This document shows positions 36,101 to 48,975 of a stretch of DNA of 64,000 bases, piece after piece. Position 1 is the first letter of the stretch, and each line of letters opens with the position of its first letter. This DNA is from Tubulanus polymorphus (lineage: Eukaryota > Animalia > Nemertea). The notes under the pieces were generated by a model. The model was given only the letters and a program-made list of their open reading frames with translations. It ran no database searches and was not told the origin of the DNA. The stretch spans positions 34,001-98,000 of the forward strand of contig NW_027437458.1 of the NCBI RefSeq assembly GCF_964204645.1. The letters are read 5' to 3'. A program made the position numbers and the translations under genes.

Positions 36101-36290
36101 ACGATTATAAAATGTTTCACTAATGATACTCACTTGCGATCCCGTGTCTATAAGACAACCTGTGTAAACTCCCTCTATGATACAAGATAAATCACAAACT
36201 TCCCCCAATAGCTGGGACGCAGTACCCCTACGATAATCTTGGGCTTTGTTGGAACAGGCCTGTAGTCGCCCTGGTGTACAGACCCTTGTT
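33123..36290 (-). pseudogene. Gypsy pol (protease, RT, RNase H, integrase N-terminal part)
   Basis: LIDTGSQVS, MAQGLTNAPATFQR, FLDDLIV, HTDAS..GLGA, YPAHKLEFLAL, HDDVGHLG..C..C, DLVCIDF; multiple stops and frameshifts. Confidence 0.95.
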
Positions 36291-36298
36291 AGTTTCCC
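36240..36298 (-). promoter_or_regulatory. candidate -1 ribosomal frameshift signal (G GGA AAC plus pseudoknot)
   Basis: Slippery heptamer directly before the gag TAA, 7-nt spacer, stem GGTCTGTA/TACAGGCC. The -1 frame is open into the protease. Confidence 0.8.
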
Positions 36299-37338
36299 GA
36301 GCTCTTATTTCCTTGGCTCATAGAATTAGGGTGGTTAAAGCGAGTATGCGCTGAATTTCCCTGATTTGACGAGTTAACGCGGTTCAGGCGAGTATGCACC
36401 AAAACTGGATCCGCCGCACGTTTGCAATCACGTGCCATATGGCCCTCTCCCCCTCAATTAAAACAGAAAAAGTATTGTCGTCTCATGTCCCTACAGTCAC
36501 GTGCAAAGTGGCCAGTGCGGCCACACTAACAGGGGCCTCGAATCCTCTGGGGTTGCTGCTGGGAAGCTGGGTCCAGTGTGACAGACTTTATACTATCTAC
36601 TAAAGCGTTTGTTTGTCGTTTGAACGTATCTCTCTGCGCCTTGAGGGCCGCGACTAAATGAGATGGGCATTCGTCATTTGTAGTACTAGTGACATTCCTA
36701 ATCACCGCCTTCTTTTCGTCCCTTGTCTTAACCTTGAATCGTTGTTCTTTCTCACTCCTCTTTATTTCTTCCCTCTTAACCGCGGAGAGGAATTCACTAT
36801 ATCACTGAAAGCGTTCTGGATTTGATTCAACCTCCAAAACGAGAATCATTTTCTCATCATGACTACCACAGCTAAATTGTTTGATAACGACTGCAAGGGG
36901 ATCCTCATTCAGGACAGCATTGAGAGACACAGCCCGGTGATACAAAGTTTGTAAACGCTGTAAGAAACGACTGCATTCTTCATCAGGGGCTTGAATTGCA
37001 TCATAAAATTTCATTAAGACGCTATGACCATCTCCTGTTGGCTCGTAAACCGCCTTCAACACATCTAAGATCTGAAGCTCAGCATCGGTACCTACACTCC
37101 GAGCTGTGCCCAGAGCAGGTTGTCCTAAGCTCTGGAGGACAAGCCTCTTTTTGTCTCTGTCGTCCCCAGCTTCCGCCTGGAGTTCAGCCACATGATATGT
37201 CCAACTCTCAAACTCGAGCTCATTTGCCGGGGGATTTTTCCTACCCGTAAAGGTACATAATCTACATGCCCAAGTCTTTTCATTAATTCTATGATTAACC
37301 GCGGCCATATCCTCCCCGTTTCCCTGGTCGGGATCCAT
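36289..37338 (-). pseudogene. Gypsy gag (PNMA-like capsid, two CCHC knuckles)
   Basis: LCTFTG...EFESW, KRLVLQSL, FLQRL; degraded CxxCxxxGHxARDC knuckles at ~36420-36530. Confidence 0.85.
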
Positions 37339-38069
37339 AAGTAATGAGTAAGAAGCAAAGAATACGATAGGAAAAATTAAATTTGTGATTAAGTGGGGCT
37401 AACCTATAAAACAGGGTTTAACCTTTAGAACTAGGTCAAACCTACAAGTAATTAAAGTTCCCGGAAACTCGCGGTAACTGCGAACAACTGACCTAGAATA
37501 TTCCTAGAAGTACCGCGCGCACTCGATACGGTGACCCCAAACAAAACATCTAAAGCTCCCTAGATTCTGACCTAGAAATTTGTCGTCGATATACTAAGAT
37601 ATTAAAAACATGCTATTTGATCAATTAATATTTACACCAAAAATCAGTACAACCGATGGCTGCACTCGTCCAATCAAAAATGAACTAATCATAAACGGTT
37701 GTAATCGAAATATAGATAATACTACTGAAACGACACGCAACAGCTGATGCAATCAACAATATTGACGCGATAAATTCCCAACCCGTGCAGGAAGTTTTTG
37801 CTAAATTGAAGATTACCTAGTGACCCATAATTTCAGAGTGATATTCTGACTCAACAGTACGTACTTCAAAATAAACATCTAACCAGCTTGTTTACAGAGC
37901 TGTAATAAAACACAATATCAATGTACCGTTTCTACGAATTACTGTCTTATTCGTACTTCTAATTCTCCCTGAACAGTATTCGCGCCACAAGAAGCCAGGG
38001 GTAACAACTTGCTTGACCCGACGAATACTTCTATCAATTTACTATAATTTGTTGGAGCATTAAATAAAT

Positions 38070-38087
38070 GCCCCACGTTGGGCGCCA
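38070..38087 (-). promoter_or_regulatory. primer binding site, tRNA-Lys(CUU)
   Basis: TGGCGCCCAACGTGGGGC, 3 nt after the 5' LTR end. Confidence 0.92.
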
Positions 38088-38090
38088 AAA

Positions 38091-39500
38091 TGTAACCGCA
38101 CTTGCCTAAAATAAAAACTATGCCACCGTGCGGGCATGAGTCCAGAACAGCAAATAAAAAGAACCAGTAATTCCTAGATTATATATATATATATATATAT
38201 ATGGAAGATAAGTAATTTATTAAGTCTATAATTCAAAAAACAAAATAACTAAGGTACTTAGAAAAAAAATGAAAATAAACAGGGCCCTTTTCACGAAACT
38301 AAGATCAGAAAAATAAAAATAAAATCAAATTAAATTAGCTTAAATGTAAGTCAATGATCAATTAAAGTTCTTTTTCTTAAAAGTTTATAAATTTTAACTT
38401 AGCGTCGCTCCAAAAAGATCGCTCTGCCGCTCCTCGAAATTGTTCGCTGCGCTGCTCCCGGAATAGTTCGCTGTGGTTCCTGTTGCTGTCAAAAATCTGT
38501 AGTAATTGTTGATCTGTGGTTCCAAAATTTTTAAACGTTTGCTCAATGCGTCGTATCTGTCGAATTTATAATTTACACGTCACGCAAATATCACTGATGA
38601 TGAAAGTCCACTGGTGGTACGCGGAGTTTGGTAGACGGAAAAAAAAACAGTTTTACTTAATGTTTTTTATCACCAAGCTGGTTAAACCTGTGGCCGTAAA
38701 ACTTTAACTACCACTAATAACAAGTGTCCTTCCGAATCATTTTCGAATCACGAACACAACTCCGTAATGATTAAAATTCAATCCCGTTAGAAGTTCTCCA
38801 ACAGTAAAAAAAGTTTGTGACGATTATGACAACTGCCACAAAAGATTTCTTATATAAATTACATATCAAGTTTTACTAGTTGTAAAAACTCAAAAATTGC
38901 AGGAGAACTCGAGTTGAGCTTCCTCGAAATCTCAAAAGCGTCTCCCCTCTCTCCAAACTATCCACGCCCAACTTCCTGCAGGGGCTCCCTTAAAAATAAT
39001 CTCTCATAAATCCATTCAAGTCAAAAATTAGATAGTTTATCCCCTAAAATGGTGAAAAAGAACTTACCCAAAATAAAACTAATGTATTTAACTCCCGCCA
39101 CATAATTGTGAAATCGTAATATTCCTCTTCATATAAGAAAAATGAATACTTTATGAGATTAGAGTAATTGAAATTCTTGTGAACCCCATAGCTTCCGGTA
39201 AAAATTGCATCAGCCAATACGTGTCAAAATTCACATCACATAATAATTAACACCAAGGCTACATGAGCCAGCGACCTCGTAAAACTTGAATATATTTAAA
39301 CTAGTGAACTAAATTCAGCAAATGCCTGTTATGAAAACTGGACAACACGAACCAACAGATTTTACATTTAACTTTAAGATCGAACATTTAATGATAAAAA
39401 AAATTAGATATAAAACATAAGGACTTTAAGGAAATAAATATAAAACCGACTACAGGCTGTTCCAACTAAAATGATGGGACCCCCCATAGTAGTGGCTACA
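38091..39500 (-). repeat. Gypsy 5' LTR (~1.4 kb)
   Basis: TGTAGCC...GGTTACA on the minus strand; the outer boundary is fixed by the TAAA TSD. Confidence 0.88.
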
Positions 39501-40416
39501 TAAAGAGAATATAACAAGAATGCACCTAACTATTACTTGTCTGTTAATTATTATAAAAGTAAGACCCTAACATGAGGATACTGGTGGAATGACGAAGCTA
39601 TCTACGATCTCTATGGGGCCAGCGTGAATTTCATCGGCGGCTACAAGCAGTCAATATAAATTGTGTAAGCATATAATTCCCATATTCAAATGTTTTAGAA
39701 AATATGTTCGATATTAGGGGGTATGCAGGTTTCATGAGATTAACAATTTATAATAGCATAGCTGTCATATAAGGCTCTGCGTCCTCTGATGGTTTGTGTA
39801 TTAGGTGACAATTCAATTCTTTATTGATCCTTATTACATATTCCCAAATTCTATGAAGTTACAAATTTTATAATAAGAAAAAACAACATGCACGACACAT
39901 GCATAATTCATACAGAATAACATAAACAAGTTATTTTAAATGACAATATCTACTTCAACCCAGACTCAAGAGGAATCGGGGGACAGGCCGGCTGGATACT
40001 AGTAGGCCACATGATTTGCTCCTAAGTCTTGATGAAGCAGACATCAACAGAGCTCTTTCCTCAACCATGGAGGCAATGAAGATCCAGACCAGCTTAGAGG
40101 CAAAACTGAATGAAGTAGGTTGCAAGTCACGGGTTTGTGCACTTACTTAATGCTGACGGGCACATGACCAAGCGTTAATCGACCTGTCTTTAAGTAGACA
40201 CATATTTAAGCAAATGCGCAGTTTTATCAGTTTCGGCCAGCCACTTTTCTTTTAACAATTTCAGTGGACCCCTAACCTGATGCCCGAAGATTAATTCAAA
40301 TAGAGAAAACCCCAGGGACTCCTGAACAGCATCTCTAACTGCAAATAGCAGAAAGGGAACACCCTCATCCCAATCTCTTTGATGTTCAAAACAGTAGGCC
40401 CTGAGCATGGCCTTCA

Positions 40417-42169
40417 CAGTTTTACAGGGAAACAGTTATCTCCTGTGCTCGGTTCGTTCTCTCCGTCACACCTTCGCCATAATCAACACTTACTTGAACG
40501 TATTAAGAATATTATCCCTGGCAACGACAAATTTATATCATTTGATGTTACTTCCCTTTTTACCAATGTTCCTCTTGGACCTACTCTTGATTTCTTAAAA
40601 CGCAGATTACCATCACTTAATATTAACTTCGGCATTCCAACGGATTGTATCATCGACCTTATCTCTATTTGTACGACGGACTCCTTTTTTGAATTCAACA
40701 ATTGTTTTTACGAACAGATATTCGGTATCGCTATGGGAAACCCTCTTAGTCCTATTCTAGCTAATTTATTCCTAGAACATGTTGAATCTGAAATATTGCC
40801 TCTTTATACTGATATTCCACCCTAAAATCTGGCTCAGATATGTTGACGATGTTCTGGCTTTGGTTCCCTTTGACTTCAATGTTGATAACTTTCTTATATA
40901 TTTAAACTCCCTTTACCCGTCTCTGGCTTTTACATATGAATTGGAATCTAATAGTAAAATACCCTTTCTGGATGTTTTGATTTTTAACTGTGGATCCTTT
41001 TTGAAATTCGCGGTTTATAGGAAACCTAACCAACGCTGAATCCTACCTCCATTACTTCTCTTTTACTTCTCCAGATATTTAACTCGGTTTAGCTCAGGGA
41101 TTATTTCTTCGCGCTTTTAGAATTCGCGACCCCTCATTTCTACCCGATGAAATTCAACATATTAACCAATCTCTCAAAAAACTTGCCATATCCGATTTCA
41201 TATTGAAAAAAGCTCTCCTTAAAGCTCGTACTACGCATTTTAGAAATAACAACCTTAGAACTCCTACCTTGGCTACCGATAAACAGCCTATCATTGTACC
41301 GTATGTACCTTTCCTCGAGAATTCTAAAGTTTCTCTTCGGTCACTAAATAAACAACTTATCTTTACAATTATAAACTTAGTAATATATTGATCAATAACA
41401 AACCGAAAACTGAATCCCTAAACTGTGGAATTTATAATATACCTTGTAAAGTTTGCGACAAAGTATATATAGGAGAAACAGGTCAGAACCTTAATCAACG
41501 CATAAAAGAGCATACGTTAGATGTAAAAAACTTTAAACCTGAAAGAGGAGTTGCTAGTCATGTATTTTAGACTTCACACAATTTTGATTTCGCTAATGCT
41601 GAATTAATTTACCCTTGCAGCGATGAAACTAAAAGACATATTTTGGAATCTGCATTAATAATTGAAAATTCTAACAACGTTGTAAACCTAAACAATGGTT
41701 TTTCACCCCATAATAAACTTATATCTAAACTCCTCTGTAAACTGGTTAAACTCAACCCTTGATTCCCCTTTGATTATTTGTTATTTGTTCTCTCATCTAT
41801 TTTAGTCTCTGTACTTGTAATCACCATTGTTTTAATTTAAGTGCCCCCTGTTTGTCTTTTTACTACTGATTTCTAGTTCTGATTTATATTTATACTCTCT
41901 ATTGTTGTTTATAATTACCCCTTAGTTTGCTTCCCTTTAATCTATTTTAGCGGGTAACTGTTTCTACGTTAATTTTCCTTTAGTTTGTATCATCTCTGAT
42001 TACTTGAATTAGTCTCTTTGTCTCTGGATTGTATATATATCTCATAATTTTTGTAGTTTCTCATTATTCCTGAAGATGACTATTAGGATATAGTCGAAAC
42101 GTTGAAATAAACTACTATCTCAAAGTTTCATTTTCGGACTTTTTCGTTATAATTGTGGGATTCTCTCTA
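40417..42169 (+). mobile_element. Penelope-like retroelement (Poseidon-like), 5'-truncated
   Basis: SFDVTSLFTNVP, GIAMGNPLSP, RYVDD, VYRKP, GIYNIPC..C..VYIGETG; 11-bp TSD catggccttca (40406-40416 and 42170-42180). Confidence 0.93.
42064..42110 (+). ncRNA. minimal type I hammerhead ribozyme in the Penelope 3' end
   Basis: ttattc-CTGAAGA-t-gacta/tagtc-GAAA-cg-TT-gaaataa. Confidence 0.8.
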
Positions 42170-43093
42170 CATGGCCTTCAACGTTTGTTGGAATCTTTCA
42201 ATTGCACCTTGACTCTCGGAATGATACGCAGACGAACAATGTTGTGATTTACCCAATTGGTCCATTACTTGTTGAAAGACCCCACTGACGAAGTTTGACC
42301 CTTGGTCACTTTGGATGTGAGCTGGGAGACCAAAAACCGTAAAAAACTTTGTAAATGCCTTGAGAACAACAGGGGCAGTAATCTTTCTGAGCAGAACTGC
42401 CTCAGGAAACCGTGTCCCCTTGCACATAATCGTAAGTAAATATTCGTTTCCGTTACGTGACTTAGGGAGTGGCCCTACACAATCACACAGAATTTCACTA
42501 AAAGGTTCTCCAAAAGCCGGGACTGGGATCAAGGTTGCACGCGGTATAACTTGATTAGGACTATTGCCAGTGACTTGACATGTATGACAGGTAGCACAAA
42601 ATGCCGACACATCCTTCATCCCAGGCCAATAGAAATGTTGGAGAATTTTCTTATAAGTTTTCTCAACCTTTAAATGACCACCAAATGGCGTTTCGTGAGC
42701 TGTTGAAATGATTAAATTATGGTACCTTGAGGGTGCCAAAATTTGATAGACAACTTCCAATTGATTATCTACTCTAACATCAGATGGACGCCATCTGCGC
42801 ATCAGCACCCCAGACTGTAAAAAGAAACCAGTCTGGCCATCCACATTATCAGGACTGTCTGCAGCCAGACTGTAATACCATTTGAATGATAATTCTTGAC
42901 TTTGAGCTTCAATTAAACTAGGTTTTGCAATTTCCATAAACTTGTTAGGATCAACACCAGCTGATGAAAATACCTTAGCCAAAAATGTATCGGACAAATC
43001 AACGGTTTCAATAGCCTTCTTTTCACAGGCGGGAATAACTGTTACATTATTTCCAGTGGGTCTAGCATCTACTTCAGAAGTCTTCTTCGACAT
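42167..43093 (-). pseudogene. Gmr1-like integrase (continues at 40128-40416)
   Basis: HHCC and DDE motifs; split at LKAM by the Penelope insertion. Confidence 0.9.
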
Positions 43094-44150
43094 AGAGCGA
43101 GTAACTACACAATGAGGGAATAGGTCTTGATATCTCCGTTATCAAGACCTCTACTCTATCGTCCGTCCGTGGCTTAGCCGAAACAATAGGATTGGCGTTA
43201 TGTACATTATCGCCCGCCAAATCATTTCCTAGAAGAAATGACACGCCAGGAACTGAAAGAAATGGGCGTACCCCGACCTCTACCCATCCAGTGTATAAGT
43301 CACACTGCAAAAACAAATTATGAATGGGACATTCACTTATATCAGGTCCTAAACCACGGAGCAAGACATCTTTACCCGTGTAAGTATCATTATTAAACGG
43401 CAATACGTCTTTCAAAATCAAGGACGTAGATGCCCCAGTATCCCGAAGGACAATGATACTCACCGGGTCAGACTGAGAGATAGACACCAGACCACTTCGT
43501 AAAAACAGACCATACGATTCTCTTGGGTGTGTAAGCATCGTCACATTCCCACCAACTTCTACACCAGTCTTGGAAGTACTGGAGTTGTGCTCTTTTCTTT
43601 TTTGCTGAAGTTTTAAACAATTCGACATTAAATGACCCACATTTTTACAATAACGACAAATTACTTGACCTCCAGAATCGCGAGCGTAATTTGACTTTGG
43701 ACTAACAGCAACCTTGCCAGCCTGAAAACTCATAGACTCATTCAGTGAACCAGACTTGATATCTGAATTATAAAACAGAGCCCGCATACGTTGACTGTCT
43801 AAATCCAACTGCCTCAAACGCATCTGCTGCTCGTTCTCCAGTTGACACATATGCAATTGATGAGTCCGTTCCTTCTCCCGTTCCACCGCCTCGAATCCCA
43901 TTTCCAATCTGCGCTGCTCCAGTTCACCACCAACATCCGCGACTGGTAACCTTAAAGACTCAGATTTTAACATACCCTTAACCACATGAGCATTAGCAAT
44001 TAAGGTTTGAAGCTCAGCCTTCCTCATAGAGGTTTGCGTGGAAAGCCCATAATGTGCTGCAACACTGAACAGATCTGCTTTCAACAATCTATACAATCCC
44101 TCCGCTGACGGGGATAAAACGAACTGTTCAGACCGTTCAGACATTGTCAT
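43074..44150 (-). pseudogene. Gmr1-like gag-protease (capsid apparently deleted)
   Basis: N-terminal LKADL..A.HYGL....RKAEL, coiled coil, CCHC knuckle, RDTGA, LLGNDLAG. Confidence 0.82.
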
Positions 44151-44365
44151 TAATTTTCAAATATACAACACTGTTCAAACTATAAAGTTTCGAAATTTCC
44201 AAATGTTAGTTCAGAAAGAACATAACAAAAAGCAAAAAGCATACACCGACAGAACGCGAAAGTTCTAAATACTGACGGGGCCGGAAAAGGTAGAAAAACG
44301 ATTACAGTACCTTTTCACGACTCCGGAGCCAGACCGCTATTCGCCAGTTTGACAGGCCCCCAATT

Positions 44366-44642
44366 TGTTACACGCGGGTCAAAGACAAATCCTCTGATGT
44401 GGAGTAAACGTCTAAGCTAACAAGAAACTGCTAACAACGGATATAAAACAGCGCAACACTTTAATAGTTCCAAGAACGGCCTAGGTCTGAATGACTAATA
44501 CAAGCCCGGCAGTGTTATATATATGAGCCGGCATTAAGGAGGCACAAACTGTGACAGCTGGATTAAACCAGTGAACCACTGCCGGAAATGCAAGTCAGCC
44601 AGGCAGTACAATACAATTCTTACAATAAAATACCAGGTAACA
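44366..44642 (-). repeat. 5' LTR of the Gmr1-like element
   Basis: TGTTAC...GTAACA followed by TGGGGGCCTGTC, a partial tRNA-Pro-like PBS. Confidence 0.75.
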
Positions 44643-44821
44643 GTATAAAATTGCAATGACCTCAATTGGGGGGGGGGGGGGCGTTGTCTCAAAGAGCGAA
44701 TGCGATTGGCTGTTTTTCCATGAGACCGCTACTACTATGTGAAAATAAATGACACTCATCCTATTTGATTTCAACTTTACTAGGACCTATTTCGTAACCT
44801 ATTTTGTTTCGCACTTAAGTA

Positions 44822-45399
44822 CAGTTTGTAGACTCCACTCAACTCGATATCATTGGGACCAGAAAAAAAAAATCAACGATTTTAGCGGAATTCGATCTGG
44901 GGTTTTGACGAAATTTGTAAGAAAAATCATTGAAAAATTGAACCTCAATAAAACATTCAATCCAACATGGCTTGTTTGACAAAAAGATGCAAAATAAAAG
45001 TAAATTTACTTGGTGCGAAAATTGATCGATCATGAACAGCCACTTGCCGTATTACCGTAGTGAAATTTTTAATAAGTGAACGGGCAACAGGCCCTTAATT
45101 TTTGGGTATTTAGGATCACTAACCAAGCTGGAGATCGTTTACGTACGAATGACTAAATGTCTCCATGTAGCCTACAATTCAAAGCAGTAAACACATGCAT
45201 TTTTTAACCGATACTTGTTGTTGCTGTCGGCATTTGAGTTTAGAGGAGTTTGAACGTAATTTTGGTAAAAAATAGTTCGAGTTGAACGAATATTCGAGTT
45301 GAGCAATTTCGAGTAGAGTGAATTCAAATGTCTGGTTTAACATAGGAGACAGCGAATAACTTTCGACTTAATGGGATTCAAGTTGAGAGGAGTCTACTG
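44822..45399. mobile_element. Tigger-like MITE
   Basis: cagt..agactccactcaactcga / tcaagttgagaggagtctactg with TA flanks. Confidence 0.7.
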
Positions 45400-45669
45400 T
45401 ATTTTGTAATTCCATTTAGTACTTTAAAATTGACCACACAAAATTGATGTTTGAACATCATATCTTAAATATTATGCATGCATTTAATATGTACCATTGA
45501 ATTTTACTAATGAAGTAAATACATATGTTAATGCCAATATGGAGTTCCCAAGGTTGACCATTTCCTGCAAAATCTTGAAACTGCATGTATCAAAAACAAC
45601 TTAATCTTTACCCAGTTCCAAATATCTTAGCTCATATTTACCATTAACATAAACCAGTTTTATTTTCAG

Positions 45670-45806
45670 AATGTCAAGATATAGTAACTTCCCGTGTTGA
45701 AGATATACCGGTTGATAATTATGAAATAGTTGATTTGGCAGTGGAGGCATCACAGCCATTAGATGAACCTCATGAAATTGCTAATTTGACTCTAAAACCA
45801 TATAAG
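45670..45806 (+). CDS. host gene exon 3 (ECQDIVTSRVED...LTLKPYK)
   Basis: tattttcag| acceptor; AAG|gtaagg donor; 137 nt, phase 1 to 0, open frame. Confidence 0.78.
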
Positions 45807-45942
45807 GTAAGGGTGGACTAATTACTTAACGTATGACCAACTGAAATTGTGCATTTTCATGACCCTCTGTTCAAATGCTGAGATTTTGGGAATAATGAAT
45901 GAATTGTTGTGTACGGATAATATTTAGATACAAACTGTATAT

Positions 45943-46480
45943 ACAGTCAAACCTCGTTATAACGCCACCATCGGGACCTGGCTAATTTTGGCGTTATAAC
46001 GAGAATGGCGGTATAAAGAAATTATCTATATGATCCTCCAAATCATTTACCAAAAGCATTAAAATACCAAATAAAAAGGTGTAGACTCAATTCAAAAAGG
46101 GCAGCCAAAAATTATTTTTAGACATAATCGGCCCCTGATTCAGATTAAAAATGCTGCTTTGCCTACCATGACAGATTTTTTGCAAGGCCTTCATCTTAAA
46201 GCGTCAGGAACACACCAGGTTAGCAGGTACCCTTCCTACTGGTGTGTCATTGCTTGTCATCACTATCACACATTGTACGCTGACACATAGCGTGCGTGCA
46301 GGGTAGACTTAATCTCGATGGCGGTATTATGGGACAAATTAACAATGCATTACTATAGGAATGTATTGTAAATTGTGTGGCGGTGGGCGGAAAGCGAGGG
46401 GCATTATTACGGGAGAATTTAACACTAAATTAGATACGGCTGAATGTTGCCACGGCAATATGACGGCGGTAGGTGAGAAT
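45943..46480. mobile_element. decayed CAGT-type MITE
   Basis: ta|cagtcaaacctcgttataacgcc start and ggcggta repeats; right end unclear. Confidence 0.45.
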
Positions 46481-48483
46481 GTTTATTGAAAGCTAGATGA
46501 TGATGGTCTGCAAAATTCCATCGGTTCGGCTATATTCTAACATAAGTTTTCACTTAAATTGCCCTGCCAGCTCAGCACACTCACAAGGCGGGAGCGGCCC
46601 CTTATGCACTCGGCAGATGGATTCGCTTTGTAATGCGCACCAGGAAAAATAGCTTTACAAAAACTTTATTATCTTTTCCATATGTTGAACAACAGTGATT
46701 AAATTTACACGTTATTTGTCGCAAGTTGCAATATTGCGATGGTTATTTGCTGCTGCTGTATACGGAATTGAATCATCAGCCGGCCTGAGTCTACTGTGAC
46801 ACTAACGCCGGCGACGTTTCGATGCTACTTATTATGAATCAGTAAGGATTCTGCTTTCAGAAAAATTTTTCTGTTTTTGTTTTCATTACTCAGCAAGAGG
46901 GCCTTACTGTATGAGTTCATGGAAGAAAGACCGCAGTCAGTCGAGATGACCCTTACAGTTGTACATCGTTCATACGAATCATGTAGGCGAAAGTGCCGAA
47001 ATTATTCTGTTAAACTAGTTTCTTCTTTCCCGCATTAATGAGGTTTAATAATACGCAGAGGCTAAATCGTTCGGCAGAAAAATTAAATTCATTTTCAGCA
47101 TAAATGAAAATCGTACATTAAGACAAATTTACCTTAAGTCTGTGGTTCTCCCAACCAACAAAATCATTTTGAAAATTTGCCAGCAGATGTAAAACATCAA
47201 CCAAACCACAGTATAACGTACCAATGATTCAAGGCCCGTGGGCCTCTTGTTTTATACAGGGGCAGATTCAAGGGGGTAGCAGGGGAGCGCTCCCTCCTCA
47301 AAATTTCAAGGTGCCCTAGAAAAATTTTTTTAAAAATTATTTGAGTGAAATTTTTCATTAAACTAAAACCATTCGTAATTGGCTGTTTCAAAAATATAGT
47401 TGATGTTTTCTGGTGACTTTCATGTGGGGGCCTAGACGACTCTTCCTTTTGGACTCATATCTTTTGCTATTTAATACATGTCTTGGGCTATTTAATATAT
47501 GTCTTGGATACAGGATTCGCAAAGGCTTCCAAGAAAAGCCCAGATAGCTCTAAAATTGCATCAAATTTAGAAAATTCTGGCAGTGTCGACTGTCTTGAAA
47601 TATCAAGGGATCTTATCCAGACATGATATAAGATGGTGCTTTTGCATATCATCAGAAGCATGTTTACCTAGTTTTTAAGCCCGGTACACATGAGGCAATT
47701 TTTAGTCGCTGGTTGCTGCGACCAATTTTTAAGCAACAGTTGAGTAATCGATCGCTTGGTGTCGCCCGTGTGCTACCACTGGTGACGGAGAGGCGATTAT
47801 CTTTCATGCCAAACATCTGTATCATGTGACTTGTCAAGATGGTAACGCTACTACCTCGGGTTTTGCCGTATTTGGAAGTATTACATGATAATTATTCGCT
47901 TACTCATTGGCTAGTTCATGAGTTGCTCATTGCTCGGCGTCTCCAGCTTCCGCACAGGGGCAGCTCCCGAGCGATCGGTGAGAAATTTCTCAGCGACGAG
48001 CAATTTTCCGTCGCCCAATATCAAACATGTTTGATATTGGGCTTGATATTGTATTTTGATTTATACATACACTATCCTAGTCCAAATTCCTCTTTAATAC
48101 ATTAACAAAATTATCGGTTAATTCGATGCTGTAAATCCATATTTAATTGTAATATATGCCACTGTTTAAGGTATTTTTACTGGGTTAATCCGAATCAAAA
48201 TTTGGCTATTCAGTAGTTTTTAGAAATAACTTTAAATTAAGAATGTTACTGAATGAGTGTTACTACAGCCTTAAGAAGGGCTTTCCCAGTGACATCCTTA
48301 TAAGGAACATAATATTGATTGTTCTGCCATGTGCTAGTGAGTCATAGGGAAAAACCCTATACCATGTACATCCTTACTACGCAGTATACCATGATTTCAT
48401 CTTTATCAGCTATTTATACGTTATTACGTTACAGTTATTACATTTATACATTTCTGCGTTATACAATACACCTTTTTTTCTAG

Positions 48484-48969
48484 ATTTTTTCAGAAGTGAC
48501 TGCGAAGCTTCCTCAGGCTATATTTTCCTTGATCCATGGAAGTGAAGACTTGATGTTGACCTCTCTACATGATGACTACAAAGTTGAATGTACGCTTGAT
48601 TCAGCTAGCACATCTGTACTCTTCAAGGGTGACATCATGAATCTGATGAAGTTAGAAAATTCACTTCGCCAGCAAATATTTGGGTTGTCAGCCACCTCAA
48701 CAACTCAAACACAAACAGATACCGTCAAATTCAAAGATTCTAGTATCTATTGCGATATTTTGAAACCTGTTTTCAGTAAGAGAGGACGGGAAGTTAAAAG
48801 TCATTCATTCGGACAGAATTTTATTGATGATTCTATGATTACTGGGGATCAAGTTGCGGATGATGAATACAATCATGTGAAGCGAAGGAAACAAAAGGGG
48901 CTAGCGGCTGTTACCTCATCTTCCAAACATGAAGTTGAGATGAGTAATGGCACACATGCCATGGACGAG
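48484..48969 (+). CDS. host gene exon 4 (IFSEVTAKLP...THAMDE)
   Basis: cctttttttctag| acceptor; GAG|gtaaga donor; 162 open codons, phase 0 to 0, not TE-like. Confidence 0.85.
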
Positions 48970-48975
48970 GTAAGA

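Larger units (their letters stand above)
14567..39500 (-). mobile_element. Ty3/Gypsy LTR retrotransposon with nested insertions
   Basis: Paired LTRs, TG...CA ends, TSD TAAA (14563-14566 and 39501-39504), PBS, and gag-PR-RT-RH-INT on the minus strand. Confidence 0.93.
40128..44642 (-). mobile_element. Gmr1-like Gypsy element (gag-PR-INT), 3'-truncated
   Basis: One LTR plus PBS; CRYCKNVGH; LRDTGAS; integrase (H..GGH..C..C, DCVGPLP, SDQGSNF, SQGAIER) directly after the protease; no RT left. Confidence 0.85.

Noticed and set aside
39255-39263. alternative LTR end at ggctaca (39263)
   Set aside because: No TSD match there; the end at 39500 gives TAAA on both sides.
44668-44681. poly-G run as a functional G-quadruplex
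   Set aside because: An isolated homopolymer at a repeat boundary with no supporting context.
46970-47010. hammerhead-like ggc-gaaagt-gcc-gaaa
   Set aside because: The CTGANGA core is absent and there is no Penelope context.
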